DNA of 64,000 nt from the human T2T-CHM13v2.0 reference genome, Homo sapiens, in the NCBI RefSeq assembly GCF_009914755.1, contig NC_060929.1. One strand, 5' to 3'. The notes beneath the pieces are model-generated. The model saw only the letters and a program-made list of their open reading frames with translations, was not told the origin of the DNA and ran no database searches. Position numbers and translations under genes: made by a program. Shown piece after piece: positions 62,180 through 64,000 of the stretch (the stretch's first letter is position 1; every line of letters starts with the position of its first letter).

Positions 62180-62496
62180 AAATTTACCCTTGCTCTGCTT
62201 TTTTGTTCTGTTTAGGCTCTCAATGGATTAGATGATGTCTGCCAACATTGGTGAGAGCAGACAGATCTCCTTTACTCAGCATACCTCTCACAGTCACACA
62301 CAGAAATAATGTTTTAACAACTGTGTGGTTACTTCTTAACTCAGTCAAGTTGACACATACAATTTACCATCACAGAGAGTGAAACTATTCTGTATGATAC
62401 TATAATGGTGGCCATATGCCATTATACATTTGTCAAAACCCATAGAATATGCAGCACCAAGAGTAAAACCTTATTGTAAAACATGAACTTTAGGTG

Positions 62497-63085
62497 AAGA
62501 CCTCTTCAGCCTGGACTTTATTGTCCACATTACTATCAGCATTTTGCTCAAAACCATTCAACAAGTTTCTAGGAAGTTCCAAACTTTCCCAAATCTTCCT
62601 ACCTTCTTCTGAGCCCTCTGAACTGTTCCAATCTCTGCCTGTTACCCAGTTCCAAAGTTGCTTCCACATTTTCAGGCTATCTTTATAGCAAGTCCCCATT
62701 ACCTGGTACCAATTCTCTGTATTAGTCCATTCTCATGCTGCTGTAAAGAAACACCCAAGGATGGGTAATTTATAAAAGAAAGAGGTTTAATTGACTCACA
62801 ATTTCGCATGGCTGGGAAGGCTTCAGGAAACTTACAGTCATGGCAGACAGCAAAAGGGAAGCAGGCACTTTCTTCACAAGGCAGTAGGAGGGAGAGAGAG
62901 CACAGCAGAAACTGCCACACTTTTAAATCATCAAGATCTCATGAGAACTCCCTCACTATCCTAGGAACAGCATGGGAAAAATCACCTTCATGATCCAATC
63001 ACCTCACACAAGGTCTCTCCCTTGACATGTGGGGATTACAATTTGAGATAAGATTTGGGTGGGGACACAGAGCCAAACCATATTA
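62497..63085 (-). mobile_element. THE1/MST-type MaLR 5' LTR (62718-63085) plus ~220 bp of internal sequence
   Basis: TGTATTAGTCC..AGAGGTTTAATTGACTCACA..GGGGACACAGAGCCAAACCATAT; internal CCTGTTACCCAGTTCCAAAG..GGTACCAAT. Confidence 0.93.
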
Positions 63086-63146
63086 ATTAAAAAGAAAATG
63101 ATGTTGCAGATAGAATTAAGGTTGCTAATTAGCTGGTTGAGGAGAA

Positions 63147-63500
63147 GTTACCATGTGATTCACTTAGGCATTGCACACTTAGGCATTTATCCCAGAGAAT
63201 GGGAAAGTTATGCTCACACAAAAACTGTACCATAATGCTTATAACAGCTTGACTTGTTGTATCCCTGAATTATCCCAGATGTCCTTCAACAGGAAATAGT
63301 TAAAATGTGGTAATATACGTACTATGGAATAGAACTTTGCAATAGGAAGGAACTAACTTAACACCTTAAATTAATTTCCAGGGAATTATGCTTTGTGAAA
63401 AAAAAATTCTCAAATTTACCTTGAGTAAGATTTCATTTATATAGCATTTTTAAAATGACATATGACATTTTAGCTATAAATGACATATTAGTGACAAATT
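63147..63500 (+). mobile_element. Old L1MC/MD 3' fragment
   Basis: GGCATTTATCCCAGAGAA..CACACAAAAACTGTAC..GGAATTATGC. Confidence 0.7.
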
Positions 63501-63802
63501 AGGAAAAAGGCTGGCGTGTACTAGAAGGTGGTACTAGAAAGTATTACTATAGATAATAAATATAATTATGTACAAATGATAAAAGTAGCTGGACTTACTA
63601 TATGTTTGTCATACTCATTCTTTTTATCCTCTAGACTCAGGGCGATGCCTTTTACTAAAATGGGCTTCCAAATGCTTGCTAAGAAGTGGAGAAAGTTCTG
63701 TTGTTTTTGTGGTGGTTACTCCTAAAATCTGTGATAAAGAGATTACTTTGATAATCTTTGAAATTAAATACACCTATCAACAGAAGAAGCTCACTTGCAG
63801 TA

Positions 63803-63954
63803 CAGATGCACCTCAAGTACAAGGGGGTTATGTCCTCATAAATTCATTGTAAGTTGAAAATATTGTGAAGTCGAAAATGCATTTAACACCTGAGAAACCC
63901 ATTGTAATGTGAAAAAATCTTATGTTTAAATCCTGTTAAGTTGGGGGCCTTCTG
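63803..63954. mobile_element. Tigger4/Zombi-like short non-autonomous DNA transposon
   Basis: TA|CAGATGCACCTC..GTAAGTTGAAAATATTG..GTCGAAAATGCATTTAA..TAAGTTGGGGGCCTTCTG; degenerate TIRs. Confidence 0.8.
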
Positions 63955-64000
63955 CATTTCCTGAGTAACAATAGCTTCATTTGTATCCTCCTTTAAAATT

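Overview
This is primate, human-like, AT-rich, gene-poor non-coding genomic DNA, not microbial sequence. I see no intact protein-coding gene, RNA gene or CRISPR array. Almost every ORF in the track with recognisable homology is a decayed transposable-element frame. The window is mostly layered repeats: 10 Alus; a full-length L1PA7-like LINE-1 (48.7-55.6 kb) carrying a HERV-K-class solo LTR; older L1MC/MD/ME/M2/PA16 and HAL1-like pieces; the 3' half of a HERV-L provirus (RNase H, integrase, dUTPase, MLT2A LTR); several solo or partial LTRs; and DNA-transposon, MIR and L2 relics. Subfamily names come from recalled consensus features, not a database search, and boundaries of old elements are approximate. 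I found no convincing new biological system. The most notable items are a pre-miRNA-sized hairpin in unique DNA (~25.55 kb), an ORF0-homologous antisense frame in the L1, nested insertions with readable target-site duplications (TSDs), and deletion scars.
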